A DNA stretch of 64,000 nucleotides from an uncultured Candidatus Saccharibacteria bacterium (GCA_964642305.1 CAZXOE010000003.1:33685-97684), one strand, 5' to 3'; shown: positions 7,688 through 17,278, counted from the first letter of the stretch. The notes: generated by a model from the letters alone, not told the origin. Program-made: numbers and translations.

Positions 7688-8383
7688 TTAAAAATTTGTC
7701 TGTTCTGGAACTACAAGCTTCTTCTTGCTGTCTGCAAAAATCTGACCCTTGTAAACCCAAACCTTCACGCCGATTGCGCCGTATGGAAGACGCGCAGTGT
7801 TTTTTGCGTAGTCAATGTCTGCGCGGAATGTTTGAAGAGGAATGCCTCCGCGACGAATCTGCTCGTAGCGCGCCATTTCAGCGCCACCCAAGCGACCTGA
7901 GATTGCGATACGCGCTCCTTTTACATCGCGGTTCGCCATAACCTTCTCAATAGTCTGTTTCAAAACCATACGGAAAGGAAGACGCTTTTCAAGGCCTTCG
8001 CAAACCATCTCCGCAACAACTGCTGCGTTGCCTTCAGGTGAACGCACTTCTTCAACATCAAGTTTGAAATCCTTTGGAATATCAAGCTTTAGGCGGAACG
8101 CTTCCTTCAAAATATCGTTCTTTAGCTTCACAGAGCCCTCTCCTGCGCGACCGATAACCATACCAGGGCGAGCTGTCTTAATGAGGATACGAAAAGTTTT
8201 TGCGTTGCGTTCAATTTCAATGCCTGCAATGTAGCTACCACGAAGACGCTTGTCCAAGAACTTGCGAATGAGGACATCACCCTTGAGAAACTTTTTAAAA
8301 TCATCTTTTGCGCCAAACCAACGCGACTTCCAGTCACGGATGATTCCCAAACGATGCGCATATGGATGTACGATGTGTGTCAT
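7688..8383 (-). CDS. rpsC: 30S ribosomal protein S3
   Basis: KH domain + S3 C-terminal domain motifs (GIKVWVYKG). Confidence 0.9.
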   Translation of the reverse strand: MTHIVHPYAHRLGIIRDWKSRWFGAKDDFKKFLKGDVLIRKFLDKRLRGSYIAGIEIERNAKTFRILIKTARPGMVIGRAGEGSVKLKNDILKEAFRLKLDIPKDFKLDVEEVRSPEGNAAVVAEMVCEGLEKRLPFRMVLKQTIEKVMANRDVKGARIAISGRLGGAEMARYEQIRRGGIPLQTFRADIDYAKNTARLPYGAIGVKVWVYKGQIFADSKKKLVVPEQTNF

Positions 8384-8384
8384 G

Positions 8385-8855
8385 TTATTTTGTTTTCTTT
8401 ACGGCTGTTTTTGCTTTAGGTTTTGCAGCTGCTTTCACCTTTGCAAGAGCAGTTTTCTTTGAAACTTTCTTTGTCTCACCTTCTACTACAACCTCTTTCT
8501 TCAAGGCCTTCTTAGAAGGTGACACGTCAGCGCTTGCAATAAGCTCAATCATAATATGGCTTGTGTGCTTGTGAATAGGGTGCGCTGAGCCGTGTGACTT
8601 TGGCATTGAACGCTTGAGGATTGTACCCTGGTCAACACGAACTTCTTTTACAAAAAGGTCTTCGAGAGCGATGCCGTCATTCTCCTTTGCATTTGCAATA
8701 GCAGACATCAAAAGCTTCTTCATTGGGCCCGACGCGCGCTTTGGAAGCACGTCAAGCTCCACCAAGGCGCGAGGAACGGTCTTTCCTTTGATAAGATTTG
8801 CTACAAGGCGTACCTTGCGTGGCGCTTGACGATAGCTTCTGAGGATTGCTTTCAT
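8385..8855 (-). CDS. rplV: 50S ribosomal protein L22 with Lys/Ala-rich C-terminal extension
   Basis: L22 core, then KKALKKEVVV…AKTAVKKTK tail. Confidence 0.9.
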   Translation of the reverse strand: MKAILRSYRQAPRKVRLVANLIKGKTVPRALVELDVLPKRASGPMKKLLMSAIANAKENDGIALEDLFVKEVRVDQGTILKRSMPKSHGSAHPIHKHTSHIMIELIASADVSPSKKALKKEVVVEGETKKVSKKTALAKVKAAAKPKAKTAVKKTK

Positions 8856-8864
8856 TGTAGTATA

Positions 8865-9212
8865 TTATTTTTTCTTAGCGGCAGGCGTTTCAGACTTGGC
8901 GGCCTTGGCAGCAGTGATTTCTGCTTCTTTCTTCTTCTGCTCAAGCTCCTTCTGCATCTTGCCTCCGTGTCTTACGAATTTCTTCGTAGGAGAAAACTCT
9001 CCGAGTCTGTGCCCCACCATATCCTCGGTCACTCGGACCTCTAGATGTGTCTTACCGTTATACACGCCAAAAAGGAAGCCTACCATTTCAGGCGAAATCT
9101 GACTTGAACGAGACCAAGTCTTAATTATTTCAGCAGTTTGAGCGCTTTTACCCACCAATTTCTCCAAGAGTCTTTGGTCAATAAATGGTCCTTTTTTGAG
9201 TGATCGTGTCAT
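8865..9212 (-). CDS. rpsS: 30S ribosomal protein S19 with C-terminal extension
   Basis: MTRSLKKGPFID…GHRLGEF S19 signature. Confidence 0.9.
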   Translation of the reverse strand: MTRSLKKGPFIDQRLLEKLVGKSAQTAEIIKTWSRSSQISPEMVGFLFGVYNGKTHLEVRVTEDMVGHRLGEFSPTKKFVRHGGKMQKELEQKKKEAEITAAKAAKSETPAAKKK

Positions 9213-9238
9213 TTGGTAAAATAAAATATGTGAAAAAC

Positions 9239-9347
9239 GACCCAGCCCTTACTTTGCTGCGTAAAACTTAACTTACTACAAGCAACACTGAAACTGCATA
9301 CTATACTAATTCTCTATATTATGCAACAAAGTAGGGGCTGGGTTCGA
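9239..9347. repeat. Long-range inverted repeat (cccagcccttactttg / caaagtaggggctggg) upstream of rpsS
   Basis: Same CCCAGCCC/GGGCTGGG word as ribosomal-protein spacer elements. Confidence 0.5.
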
Positions 9348-9379
9348 TACGCATCTTATCAGATTGAAGAATAATGTCA

Positions 9380-9418
9380 AATCGGGGGTTCTGGGCAATA
9401 CCCAGAACCCCCGATTTT
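9380..9418. terminator. Bidirectional hairpin terminator ending the inserted cassette before rpsS
   Basis: atcgggggttctggg caata cccagaacccccgat, 15-bp perfect stem + T-run. Confidence 0.75.
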
Positions 9419-9432
9419 AAGTGACTTTTCGA

Positions 9433-10485
9433 CTAGAACTGCCAGAATTTCGTCTTTGGCTTGCAGTCTGCTGGAGAGTTTGTAAGATTTTCCCCGGCAG
9501 CAACGTCACAGGTTCCATTATTAACAGAAGGAACACATGCCCCTCCAGAGAGAATTTGGAGTGTTGGGCACGTATTACAACCAGGAACATTTGTTGTTCC
9601 ACCATTGCATATCAGGGAACCAAATTCGTTACCAGGAGTAGTAGTACCACCAGTACCTGAACAACCTGTACCACTACAAGAGTAGCATTGCAAGGATACG
9701 GTATTATAAAAATCACCATTTGCGCATTGATTACATGCGGAGGGATTAATTGCGCCATTACTGCAATTAAATTGAGGCCCCTGTACAGAATAAGAGCTTC
9801 CATCCTGCGCTGTGCCAGAGAAATTAACCCACCCGATAACACTAACGCCAATAGGATCACTATCACCACTTGGCAAAACCTTTGCCCCTCCCCACGCATA
9901 ACCAGAAAACTTGCCGTCAGAAGGGTTAATCTTAACGGGGTTCGTCCATGTGTCAGAAAGTTTAATCCATCCATCCCAGCCACCAGCATTGCTATTCTGT
10001 GCACACTGAGCCGGAACAAGGTTGCCTAGTGCGTCCTGAGTACAAGCAGCGAGCGCGCGCGCCCAACCAGTTACATTACCTGTTACTAAATCAACTTTTG
10101 CGATTGCTCCAGCCGTTAGTCTGTATGGGTCTGCCGGTGGATTACCTGTCCTTGATCTGTCAAAGCTTATCCAACCGATTCCCCCCTGATCTGGGTTTGG
10201 CGCTGTGTCAATGTCCGATGACCAAGCGTTCCCTGAAAAATCCCCTGTATCTGGGTCAAGATTTACACTATACGGACTTCCATCAGTTGCAGTACCAGAA
10301 AAACTGATCCAACCAACCGTGTCAGTCCATGCGTACCCAGTAAGTGCAGTTGGCGCCGCCTCTGCCTTCGGTATTGCTACAGAACCAGGGTTTACCGTAT
10401 ACGCCACATAGCCAAGGCCCAATGCAATAAAGAACGCGAATACGTTACGCGCAGAGTGAATTGTAAATGTTTTTATGTTCATCAC
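9433..10485 (-). CDS. Secreted repeat protein (4x G[YN]AW…GWISF repeats, Cys-rich C-terminus), inserted in ribosomal-protein operon
   Basis: N-terminal TM/signal; ~4 internal repeats; 16 Cys in the last 110 aa. Confidence 0.6.
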   Translation of the reverse strand: MMNIKTFTIHSARNVFAFFIALGLGYVAYTVNPGSVAIPKAEAAPTALTGYAWTDTVGWISFSGTATDGSPYSVNLDPDTGDFSGNAWSSDIDTAPNPDQGGIGWISFDRSRTGNPPADPYRLTAGAIAKVDLVTGNVTGWARALAACTQDALGNLVPAQCAQNSNAGGWDGWIKLSDTWTNPVKINPSDGKFSGYAWGGAKVLPSGDSDPIGVSVIGWVNFSGTAQDGSSYSVQGPQFNCSNGAINPSACNQCANGDFYNTVSLQCYSCSGTGCSGTGGTTTPGNEFGSLICNGGTTNVPGCNTCPTLQILSGGACVPSVNNGTCDVAAGENLTNSPADCKPKTKFWQF

Positions 10486-10592
10486 GTTAGAGGTTTATTT
10501 AGAAATCTTCTAATAAAAATTTATACCGTCATCTGCTTCCTTGTCTTTGTTGAAAAAACAGCGGAATCTCTAACAGGATTCATTTAAGTATT

Positions 10593-10624
10593 ATACCTCC
10601 ACGCCTATTTTTTGCATAGGATAT
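10593..10624 (-). promoter_or_regulatory. Sigma70-like promoter (TATGCA-N17-TATAAT) with conserved GCGTGGAGG spacer, ~108-nt leader
   Basis: rc reads tatgcaaaaaataggcgtggaggtataat; near-identical motif upstream of next gene. Confidence 0.5.
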
Positions 10625-10670
10625 TCAGTTGCTTTTTACAAGAATGCTGTGGATAAGTGCTTAACAAGCA

Positions 10671-10985
10671 TTACTTCCCTTTTACTTTTTGTTCTAGGCG
10701 ATTGAATCGAATTCGCAGATCGTCAAATTCATATCTTGGCACAAAACGATCACCGAGATTCAATACATCCTGCCTTGTGGCACTCAAATTGTCTTCAACA
10801 CTAACCAACCTGTCCTCAACACTAACCAACCTCTCTTCAACACTAACCAACTTGTCCTCAACTTTTACTATTCTGTCCTCAACTCTGTCAAATCCTTTTG
10901 CAACCATAATAGCCAAGTTATCAATAGTAACGGCGATGTCATCAATTGTCACTTTTTTATTAGTTTTATTGGTTGTTTTTTTCAT
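10671..10985 (-). CDS. Small coiled-coil protein with heptad repeats (encoded by ~5 tandem 21-nt repeats at ~10797-10905)
   Basis: VEDRLVSVEDRLVSVEERLVSVEDKLV. Confidence 0.5.
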   Translation of the reverse strand: MKKTTNKTNKKVTIDDIAVTIDNLAIMVAKGFDRVEDRIVKVEDKLVSVEERLVSVEDRLVSVEDNLSATRQDVLNLGDRFVPRYEFDDLRIRFNRLEQKVKGK

Positions 10986-11022
10986 ATCTCAATTATACCC
11001 ACGCGCTTATCTTTTGCAAAGT
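10986..11022 (-). promoter_or_regulatory. Consensus promoter TTTGCA-N17-TATAAT-N6-ATG (leaderless transcript)
   Basis: rc reads tttgcaaaagataagcgcgtgggtataattgagatATG. Confidence 0.6.
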
Positions 11023-11131
11023 GAATTTCTAGGTGTTAGTCTATAAATCGCAACATTATTCACAAACTAGACCACACAAAAACCAAAAGCATGATGTCCT
11101 CACTTACCCCATTTCTATTTTTATTTTTATC

Positions 11132-12064
11132 TTATATCGGGCAACAATAGAGCTTAAATGAGTTTGTGTCTGGGTGATAATGTGGACCGTTTATTCCATT
11201 AACATACGTACCGGCGGGGCAAAAAACCGAACCGCCAGCGTACACACCCGTCTGCGCAGTCCAGAAGCAAGCTCCACCAGCTCCCCCAGCCGTACTCAAA
11301 CACTTTCCTGCTGTCGTACAAACATCTGTTACAGTGACCTTTCCGTTAGCCAACTCTATTCCTCCAGTATTTGTCCCAGAGGAATTAAGAGTACGCAATG
11401 AGATAGTGTTATCTAATAATCTTATATAAGATCCGCCTCTTGTATTTGTTACTCTCCCGTAATAAGGGCTTCCATTAATATTGTTCCCTATCCCGACCCC
11501 TCCCCATGTCCATCCTGGTTCGCTTGCCCACAGGCTCATAACAGCCGTGTTGACGCCATCAATTCCTTGACCATAATGATCAGAAAACAATCGTGCTTGA
11601 GTTGAAGAATGGTCTCCCTTGATTTCCAGTTTTTTCTGTGGCGCCGTTGTTCCGATGCCAACACTACCGCCGTTTGGATTCAAAACTAAATTGTAATTCG
11701 TGTTGTCATTAGTATAGCGTGGTTGTATCCAGCCATATTGAGGAGTGACATCAGCAGTGACTCCCATTGACATCTGAACACCGGTACCAGTGCCACCAAG
11801 CATTATGCTTCCATTTGGTGTCGCAGAATTTGATGGAGCGTTGATGGAACCTGCTGTGTGTAGAGGTGCTTGTGGTGTTGTAACTCCAATCCCCACTCTG
11901 CCAGCCTTCGTCTGCGCGGTTGCGCTCGTATTTATTGGCGCGGAAACATTCCCTGCAGGAGGAGATTGTGTCGGTGCTGTCCACGCATACACGTACGAAA
12001 GTCCAAAGGAAAGAACGACTGCTAGAGTGAGAATTTTAAGTGGTGAAAAGATTTTGTTGGTCAT
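11132..12064 (-). CDS. Secreted protein (signal peptide, VGIG(T/V)TxPQ repeats, Cys-rich C-terminus)
   Basis: Signal peptide MTNKIFSPLKILTLAVVLSFGLSYVYA; internal GRVGIGVTTPQ / GSVGIGTTAPQ repeat. Confidence 0.55.
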   Translation of the reverse strand: MTNKIFSPLKILTLAVVLSFGLSYVYAWTAPTQSPPAGNVSAPINTSATAQTKAGRVGIGVTTPQAPLHTAGSINAPSNSATPNGSIMLGGTGTGVQMSMGVTADVTPQYGWIQPRYTNDNTNYNLVLNPNGGSVGIGTTAPQKKLEIKGDHSSTQARLFSDHYGQGIDGVNTAVMSLWASEPGWTWGGVGIGNNINGSPYYGRVTNTRGGSYIRLLDNTISLRTLNSSGTNTGGIELANGKVTVTDVCTTAGKCLSTAGGAGGACFWTAQTGVYAGGSVFCPAGTYVNGINGPHYHPDTNSFKLYCCPI

Positions 12065-12074
12065 GTTTTATATA

Positions 12075-12677
12075 TTATTGGATTTGTATCTCACTTACTA
12101 GAAACTCTTTGGACATTTTTATATTTTCTACGGCGGTAACATTGAGTACGGCTCCTACTGTGATGCTTGCTATATCAGTCATAGTTTTTGTTGATGGCGG
12201 TGGTGGTGTTGCAGGCAAAGAACCAGCTTTGGCTGATTGCATATTTTTTATAAGTACGTCCATTTCTGCCTTTAACACTTCTGGTGTTTTTTGTGTATGT
12301 TTAAAAATTTTTGTGTCAGCAGTGACTGTAACGATACGGTCAGCAAGCGCTGGGTCGTCAAAAGGGTTTTGAGATTCTGTGTGAATAGTGATTTTATTTC
12401 CACTGATAGCAGTGACTGAACCAGAGAGTGTGCGAATGTCGTCGGGAGTTTTAAATATCATTCCCATTGGGCTTTCTAGAACTCTATTTTTTGCCGCATC
12501 AAAGCCTGCTTGATAGGTGTTATTACCTGCGCTCACAGGTGCTTGTTTAAAGTATACAAATGTTGCGCCTACTCCGACAATGATGCCGACTAAAACTGCT
12601 CCAATGTACTGCGTGGTGTGTGACGGGCACACAAGTGGTTGTTGTTGATCCATAATTACAAGTATAACACCTTTCAA
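12075..12677 (-). CDS. Membrane-anchored hypothetical protein (single N-terminal TM)
   Basis: TM YIGAVLVGIIVGVGATFVYF; 10 nt upstream of the previous gene, likely co-transcribed. Confidence 0.5.
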   Translation of the reverse strand: MKGVILVIMDQQQPLVCPSHTTQYIGAVLVGIIVGVGATFVYFKQAPVSAGNNTYQAGFDAAKNRVLESPMGMIFKTPDDIRTLSGSVTAISGNKITIHTESQNPFDDPALADRIVTVTADTKIFKHTQKTPEVLKAEMDVLIKNMQSAKAGSLPATPPPPSTKTMTDIASITVGAVLNVTAVENIKMSKEFLVSEIQIQ

Positions 12678-12701
12678 AATTTACAAATGAACAATGCTGT
12701 G

Positions 12702-12747
12702 GATAACAAAACCCCGCCTGTCAGCTGACAGGCGGGGTTTTGTTATC
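12702..12747. terminator. Perfect 21-bp hairpin between rplB and the inserted cassette
   Basis: gataacaaaaccccgcctgtcag|ctgacaggcggggttttgttatc. Confidence 0.6.
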
Positions 12748-12750
12748 TTT

Positions 12751-12812
12751 ACCACAGCCCTTCAAGAAGAGGCTGGGTAGAAAAATTATTGTCGCTTCGC
12801 TCTTTAATTTTT
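12751..12812. repeat. Ribosomal-protein spacer-type repeat unit just downstream of rplB (ccacagccc…ggctgggtag + aaaaattattgtcgcttcgctctttaattttt)
   Basis: Aligns with 15579-15670 unit (GGCTGGGTAG-…TTGTCGCTTCGCTCTTTAA). Confidence 0.55.
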
Positions 12813-12813
12813 A

Positions 12814-13653
12814 CTACTTCGAGCGCTTGGTCTTGCGACGGGCGACGATGAGGTTGTTTGAGTACTTCTTTGGTGAACGTGTCTTGCGACCTCCTGTTAC
12901 CTTTCCGTACTTTGTCTTTGGGCGCTTTGTTCCGCGTCCTTGTGCTCCTTCACCTCCACCGTATGGGTGATCAACTGGGTTCTTTGCGCTTCCACGAACT
13001 GTTGGGCGAATGCCGAGCCAACGATTGCGTCCTGCTTTTCCAATATTGCGGTGCTTGTATTCCTCGTTTGAAACAGCGCCTATTGATGCCCACACATTTT
13101 CTGAAACCTTTCGGATTTCTCCAGACGGCATCTTTAAATGGCTCTGACCTCTGTCGTTTGCGACCACTTCAGCGTAGTTTCCAGCTGAGCGAGCGATGCG
13201 CGCGCCGCCGTTTGGCTGAAGCTCAATGTTGTATACAAATGTTCCAACAGGAAGCTTGCGCAAAATTGTGCGGTTACCTGCTTTAAGAGGAGCGTCCTCG
13301 GCTGTAATAACTGTGTCGCCTACCTTAATTCCTTGAGGGAGGAGATTATAACGACGCTCTCCGTCTGCGTAGCAAATAACACCAATGAAACCTGAGCGGT
13401 TTGGATCATACTCAACGGTCTCAACCTTTGCTGGGATATTAATCTTATCAAAACGAAAATCAATTTCGCGGAACGAGCGCTTGTGACCACCACCCTTGTG
13501 CTGTGTAGTGATGCGACCAAATGCATTGCGTCCAGAACCACGGCGGAAGCCTGTTGTGAGTGCCTTCAAAGGCTCGTTGGTTGTGAGAACGCCACGATAC
13601 GACACAATGGCTGTCTGGCGATTCGACGGTGTTGTTGGTTTAAACTTTTTCAT
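12814..13653 (-). CDS. rplB: 50S ribosomal protein L2
   Basis: L2 signatures (GGGHKRSFREIDF, PYGGGEG). Confidence 0.9.
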   Translation of the reverse strand: MKKFKPTTPSNRQTAIVSYRGVLTTNEPLKALTTGFRRGSGRNAFGRITTQHKGGGHKRSFREIDFRFDKINIPAKVETVEYDPNRSGFIGVICYADGERRYNLLPQGIKVGDTVITAEDAPLKAGNRTILRKLPVGTFVYNIELQPNGGARIARSAGNYAEVVANDRGQSHLKMPSGEIRKVSENVWASIGAVSNEEYKHRNIGKAGRNRWLGIRPTVRGSAKNPVDHPYGGGEGAQGRGTKRPKTKYGKVTGGRKTRSPKKYSNNLIVARRKTKRSK

Positions 13654-13659
13654 GTGGTT

Positions 13660-13835
13660 GATTTTTAAGGAGCAGGGCGACTATAAAAATCACCACCCGC
13701 CCCACTTTTGTGCCCCTGTATCTTACTATAATTTATAACTATTGCAAATTTTTTCTTTCTCTACCCTAATCACGAAATTCATAACAAAAGTGAGGAGGGT
13801 CTAGTAAACCATAGTCGTTTCACTCCTTGATTTAC
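13660..13835. repeat. Structured inverted-repeat element filling the rplW–rplB spacer
   Basis: gatttttaaggagcagggcgactataaaaatc … gtaaaccatagtcgtttcactccttgatttac in inverted orientation; overlaps rplW stop. Confidence 0.65.
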
Positions 13836-14188
13836 TAGAGGATTTCAATCTTATCACCTTTTTTAAGCGTGACCAACGCCTTGCGAAGACCCGACTTTAC
13901 ACCCTTGCGATTGCGAACAAACACACGTGTATCAGGAAGATTAATAATGTTCACACGAGCTGGTGTAACGTTGTAAAGCGCTTGGATTGCCTTTGCAATT
14001 TCAATCTTGTTTGTATCCTTTGCAACCTCAAACACGTATGTTCCTTTTTCAGCAAGAATAGCCGCCTTCTCTGTAATGTGCGGGCGAACAATAGCGTTCA
14101 CGCGCTCTCCAAGAGCGTTTCCCTCTTTCTTTACCTTGGTAGCCTTGGGTGCCTTAGTTTCTTTTGTTGTTTTTGTAAAAATGGCCAT
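13835..14188 (-). CDS. rplW: 50S ribosomal protein L23
   Basis: L23 fold pattern (…YVFEVAKDTNKIEIAKAIQALYNV…), operon order. Confidence 0.85.
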   Translation of the reverse strand: MAIFTKTTKETKAPKATKVKKEGNALGERVNAIVRPHITEKAAILAEKGTYVFEVAKDTNKIEIAKAIQALYNVTPARVNIINLPDTRVFVRNRKGVKSGLRKALVTLKKGDKIEIL

Positions 14189-14199
14189 GATTGTACGAG

Positions 14200-14880
14200 T
14201 TACTTAGTAGCGACAGCTGTTGCAAGCTTGCCCTCAATAAAACTAATAGCTTTCTCTGGACTCACAATCACGACGTATTTGTGGTTCAAGAGGTCAATTG
14301 GGTTCATATTTTCCACTGCGTCAAAGTCAATGTTCCCAAAGTTTGAGAAACTCTTTGCAACTGCTTCCGACTTCTCACCTGTCGCAAAGTAAGCAGCGTT
14401 TTTGCGCTTTGTGAGCATCTTTTCAAAGCCCTTAACACCTGCGAGCGCTATAAGGATGCCCTTTGCTTCTGTGGTCTTTGGGGCCTTCATCGAAATTGAA
14501 TCAATGAAAAGGACTTCTCCTTGGCGAAGCTTCTCAGAGAGAACAGTGTAGAGCGCTTTTGCGCGAACTTTCTTGTTGATCTTCTTTGAGTAGTCCTTTT
14601 CATTCATTGGGCCGTGTGTAACTCCACCGTGACGCCAAATAGGTGAACGAGATGAACCGTGACGAGCGCGACCAGTACCTTTCTGAGCCCATGGCTTCTT
14701 GCCACCGCCAGATACTGCACTACGGTCCTTTACCTGTGCTGATGAGGTGCGCGCGTTTGAGCGCATTGACTCCACAACCTGGTGAACCAAGTCTGCATTC
14801 CATGAAAGGCCCCAAACCTTTTCGTTTAGCGCAAGCTTTCCAGCTTCTTTTCCCTTTGTATTGTAAATTGTTGCTTCCAT
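14200..14880 (-). CDS. rplD: 50S ribosomal protein L4
   Basis: KKPWAQKGTGRARHGS L4 signature. Confidence 0.9.
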   Translation of the reverse strand: MEATIYNTKGKEAGKLALNEKVWGLSWNADLVHQVVESMRSNARTSSAQVKDRSAVSGGGKKPWAQKGTGRARHGSSRSPIWRHGGVTHGPMNEKDYSKKINKKVRAKALYTVLSEKLRQGEVLFIDSISMKAPKTTEAKGILIALAGVKGFEKMLTKRKNAAYFATGEKSEAVAKSFSNFGNIDFDAVENMNPIDLLNHKYVVIVSPEKAISFIEGKLATAVATK

Positions 14881-14885
14881 GATAT

Positions 14886-15524
14886 TTATTTAGCAGTTGC
14901 TTTAATCTCGAGAAGCGCGCCCTTCACGCCTGGCACACAGCCAGATACGAGAATCTTCCCATTAGTAGTGTCGACCCCGAGCACACGCAAACCTTTTACG
15001 GTAATACGCTCTCCGCCCATACGTCCGGCCATACGACGACCTTTTGAAATCTTCTGCTGACCTGTTGAACCAATAGAACCTGGCTCACGCTCAGAGTGCT
15101 TTTGTCCGTGAGTACGGCTTCCTCCATGGAAACCATGACGCTTCACCACACCCTGGAAACCCTTTCCCTTTGATGTACCTGAAACAGTAACCTCATCACC
15201 AATTTCAAAAAGTGACGCATCGATAGTGTCGCCTTTCTTCCATGAGCTTGAGTCGTCAACTCGGAACTCGCGGATTGTCATAAAGAGACCGAGGTCCTTT
15301 GTGTGGCCCTGGACTGCCTTTGAGATATTTTTTGCAGCGCGAGTGCCAAAGCCCATTTGAATAGCTTCGTACCCATCACTCTCTTTTGATTTAACCTGTG
15401 TAATAGACACTGGTCCAACAGAAAGAAGGGTTGCAGCCACAGCACGCCCGTCGGAGCCGACGAACGAGAACATACTTTCTTTTTTTCCTAGAATAAATTT
15501 CATAACGGTAACCATTGCAACCAT
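14886..15524 (-). CDS. rplC: 50S ribosomal protein L3 (true start probably MKFILGKK)
   Basis: L3 motifs FEIGDEVTVSGTSKGKGFQGVVKRHGF. Confidence 0.9.
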   Translation of the reverse strand: MVAMVTVMKFILGKKESMFSFVGSDGRAVAATLLSVGPVSITQVKSKESDGYEAIQMGFGTRAAKNISKAVQGHTKDLGLFMTIREFRVDDSSSWKKGDTIDASLFEIGDEVTVSGTSKGKGFQGVVKRHGFHGGSRTHGQKHSEREPGSIGSTGQQKISKGRRMAGRMGGERITVKGLRVLGVDTTNGKILVSGCVPGVKGALLEIKATAK

Positions 15525-15578
15525 TCTCTCGATGGAGGGGTTGTTGGTATTTTTTACTTACTTAATAATCACAATTTA

Positions 15579-15670
15579 CCACAGCCCCTGTTTTGAAGTC
15601 TCGAAATTTCAAAATCTCAAAACAGGGGCTGGGTAGTGATTTTTATAGTCGCTTTCGCTCCTTAAAAATC
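15579..15670. repeat. Ribosomal-protein spacer repeat (long hairpin cagcccctgttttga…tcaaaacaggggctg + unit tgatttttatagtcgctttcgctccttaaaaatc) between rpsJ and rplC
   Basis: Same unit family as 5840-6007 and 13660-13835. Confidence 0.65.
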
Positions 15671-15672
15671 TA

Positions 15673-16047
15673 CTACATCATCTTCACATCGATGTTGACT
15701 CCTGATGGGAGCGAAAGGTTGGTGAGAGCCTCAACAACTTTTGCGTTCGGATTCAAGATATCAATCAATCTCTTGTGAACACGCATTTCAAACTGCTCAC
15801 GCGCATTCTTGTAAATGAATGCTGAGCGAAGTACGGTGTACTTCTTGATCTCAGTTGGAAGTGGCATTGGCCCAATGACTTCGGCATCGTAACGAAGCGC
15901 GGTGTCCACAATCTGCTTTACAGAGTTGTCCAACACTTTGTTTTCATACGCACGTACGCGAATACGGAGCTTGTGTGTTACTTCTTTATCTGTGGCCTTC
16001 TTTGCTACAGACTTTTTTGTAACTGTTTTTTTTGTTGCTGTTGTCAT
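15673..16047 (-). CDS. rpsJ: 30S ribosomal protein S10 with Lys-rich N-terminal extension
   Basis: KLRIRVRAYENKVLD…ILNPN S10 core. Confidence 0.9.
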   Translation of the reverse strand: MTTATKKTVTKKSVAKKATDKEVTHKLRIRVRAYENKVLDNSVKQIVDTALRYDAEVIGPMPLPTEIKKYTVLRSAFIYKNAREQFEMRVHKRLIDILNPNAKVVEALTNLSLPSGVNIDVKMM

Positions 16048-16084
16048 GGGATTTTAATAGAACTACGAACGAGACGTTCGGTGC

Positions 16085-17278
16085 TTACGCAATAATCTTT
16101 GTTACTACGCCGGCGCCTACAGTACGGCCTCCTTCACGAATAGCGAAACGCTGTTCTACTTCAAGAGCAACTGGCGCAATGAGCTTAACCTTGAGCTTCA
16201 CTGTGTCTCCTGGCATAACCATTTCTGTTCCTGCTGGAAGTGTTGCGTCTCCTGTTACGTCCGTTGTGCGGATGTAAAACTGTGGCTTGTAACCGTTGAA
16301 AAATGGAGTATGACGTCCGCCTTCCTCCTTTGTAAGGATGTAAACTTCTGTTTCAAACTCTGTGTGTGGAGTTACTGAGCCTGGCTTACAAATAACCTGA
16401 CCGCGAGTAATGTCTTCCTTTTTGATACCGCGGATAAGGATGCCGGCGTTGTCTCCTGCCATACCCTCTTGGAGTGACTTGTTGAACATTTCAATACCAG
16501 TAACTGTAGTCTTTACAGTGTCCTTGATACCAACAACTTCAATTTCCTCTCCTACCTTCACAACTCCGCGCTCAATACGTCCTGTAACTACAGTACCGCG
16601 ACCTTCAATAGAGAAGACGTCTTCAACTGGCATAAGGAACGCCTTTGCAACATCACGTACTGGCACCGGAACATATGTGTCCACTGCAGCAATAAGGTCA
16701 AGAACCTTCTTTGCCCACTCGTCATCTGGGGTTTTTGCCTCAAGAGCCTTTAGAGCTGATCCACGGATAACTGGAGCGTCCTTTCCATCAAAGTCATACT
16801 TCGTAAGGAGTTCACGAACCTCTTCTTCAACCATGTCAATCATTTCCGCGTCTTCAACCATGTCGCACTTGTTTAGAAATACAACAATCTTTGGTACACC
16901 GATCTGCTTTGCAAGGAGGATGTGCTCTCGTGTCTGGGGCATCACACCGTCCGTTGCTGCAACCACGAGGATAGCGCCGTCCATTTGAGCGGCACCTGTG
17001 ATCATGTTTTTAATGTAGTCAGCGTGACCAGGCGCGTCAATGTGCGCGTAGTGACGTGTGTCTGACGAATACTCGTTGTGAGAAAGCGCGATTGTAATAC
17101 CGCGAGCTTTTTCTTCTGGAGCTGAGTCAATGTCATCCACCGACTTCATCTTTACATCCTTTCCAGCCATGTGGAGAGTGTTCAAGATTGCCGCTGTAAG
17201 GGTTGTCTTGCCGTGGTCAACGTGACCAATGGTACCTACGTTGACGTGTGGCTTGGAACGATCAAATGCTTCTGCCAT
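16085..17278 (-). CDS. tuf: Elongation factor Tu
   Basis: [21 protein letters not shown] GTPase motifs, 397 aa. Confidence 0.95.
   Translation of the reverse strand: MAEAFDRSKPHVNVGTIGHVDHGKTTLTAAILNTLHMAGKDVKMKSVDDIDSAPEEKARGITIALSHNEYSSDTRHYAHIDAPGHADYIKNMITGAAQMDGAILVVAATDGVMPQTREHILLAKQIGVPKIVVFLNKCDMVEDAEMIDMVEEEVRELLTKYDFDGKDAPVIRGSALKALEAKTPDDEWAKKVLDLIAAVDTYVPVPVRDVAKAFLMPVEDVFSIEGRGTVVTGRIERGVVKVGEEIEVVGIKDTVKTTVTGIEMFNKSLQEGMAGDNAGILIRGIKKEDITRGQVICKPGSVTPHTEFETEVYILTKEEGGRHTPFFNGYKPQFYIRTTDVTGDATLPAGTEMVMPGDTVKLKVKLIAPVALEVEQRFAIREGGRTVGAGVVTKIIA

Noticed and set aside
10797-10905. Tandem 21-nt direct repeats that could suggest a CRISPR-like or VNTR array
   Set aside because: They are in-frame inside ORF 10671-10985 and encode coiled-coil heptads (VEDRLVS). 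There is no spacer/repeat alternation, and the period is too short for CRISPR.
16410-16988. 192-aa ORF antisense within tuf, and similar long antisense ORFs (28659-29408 in recJ, 34906-35379 in the PilX-like gene, 31820-32131 in the MFS gene)
   Set aside because: They sit opposite strongly supported conserved genes, are low-complexity (Ser/Thr/Pro/Arg-rich), and have no start context. They are treated as frame artefacts.
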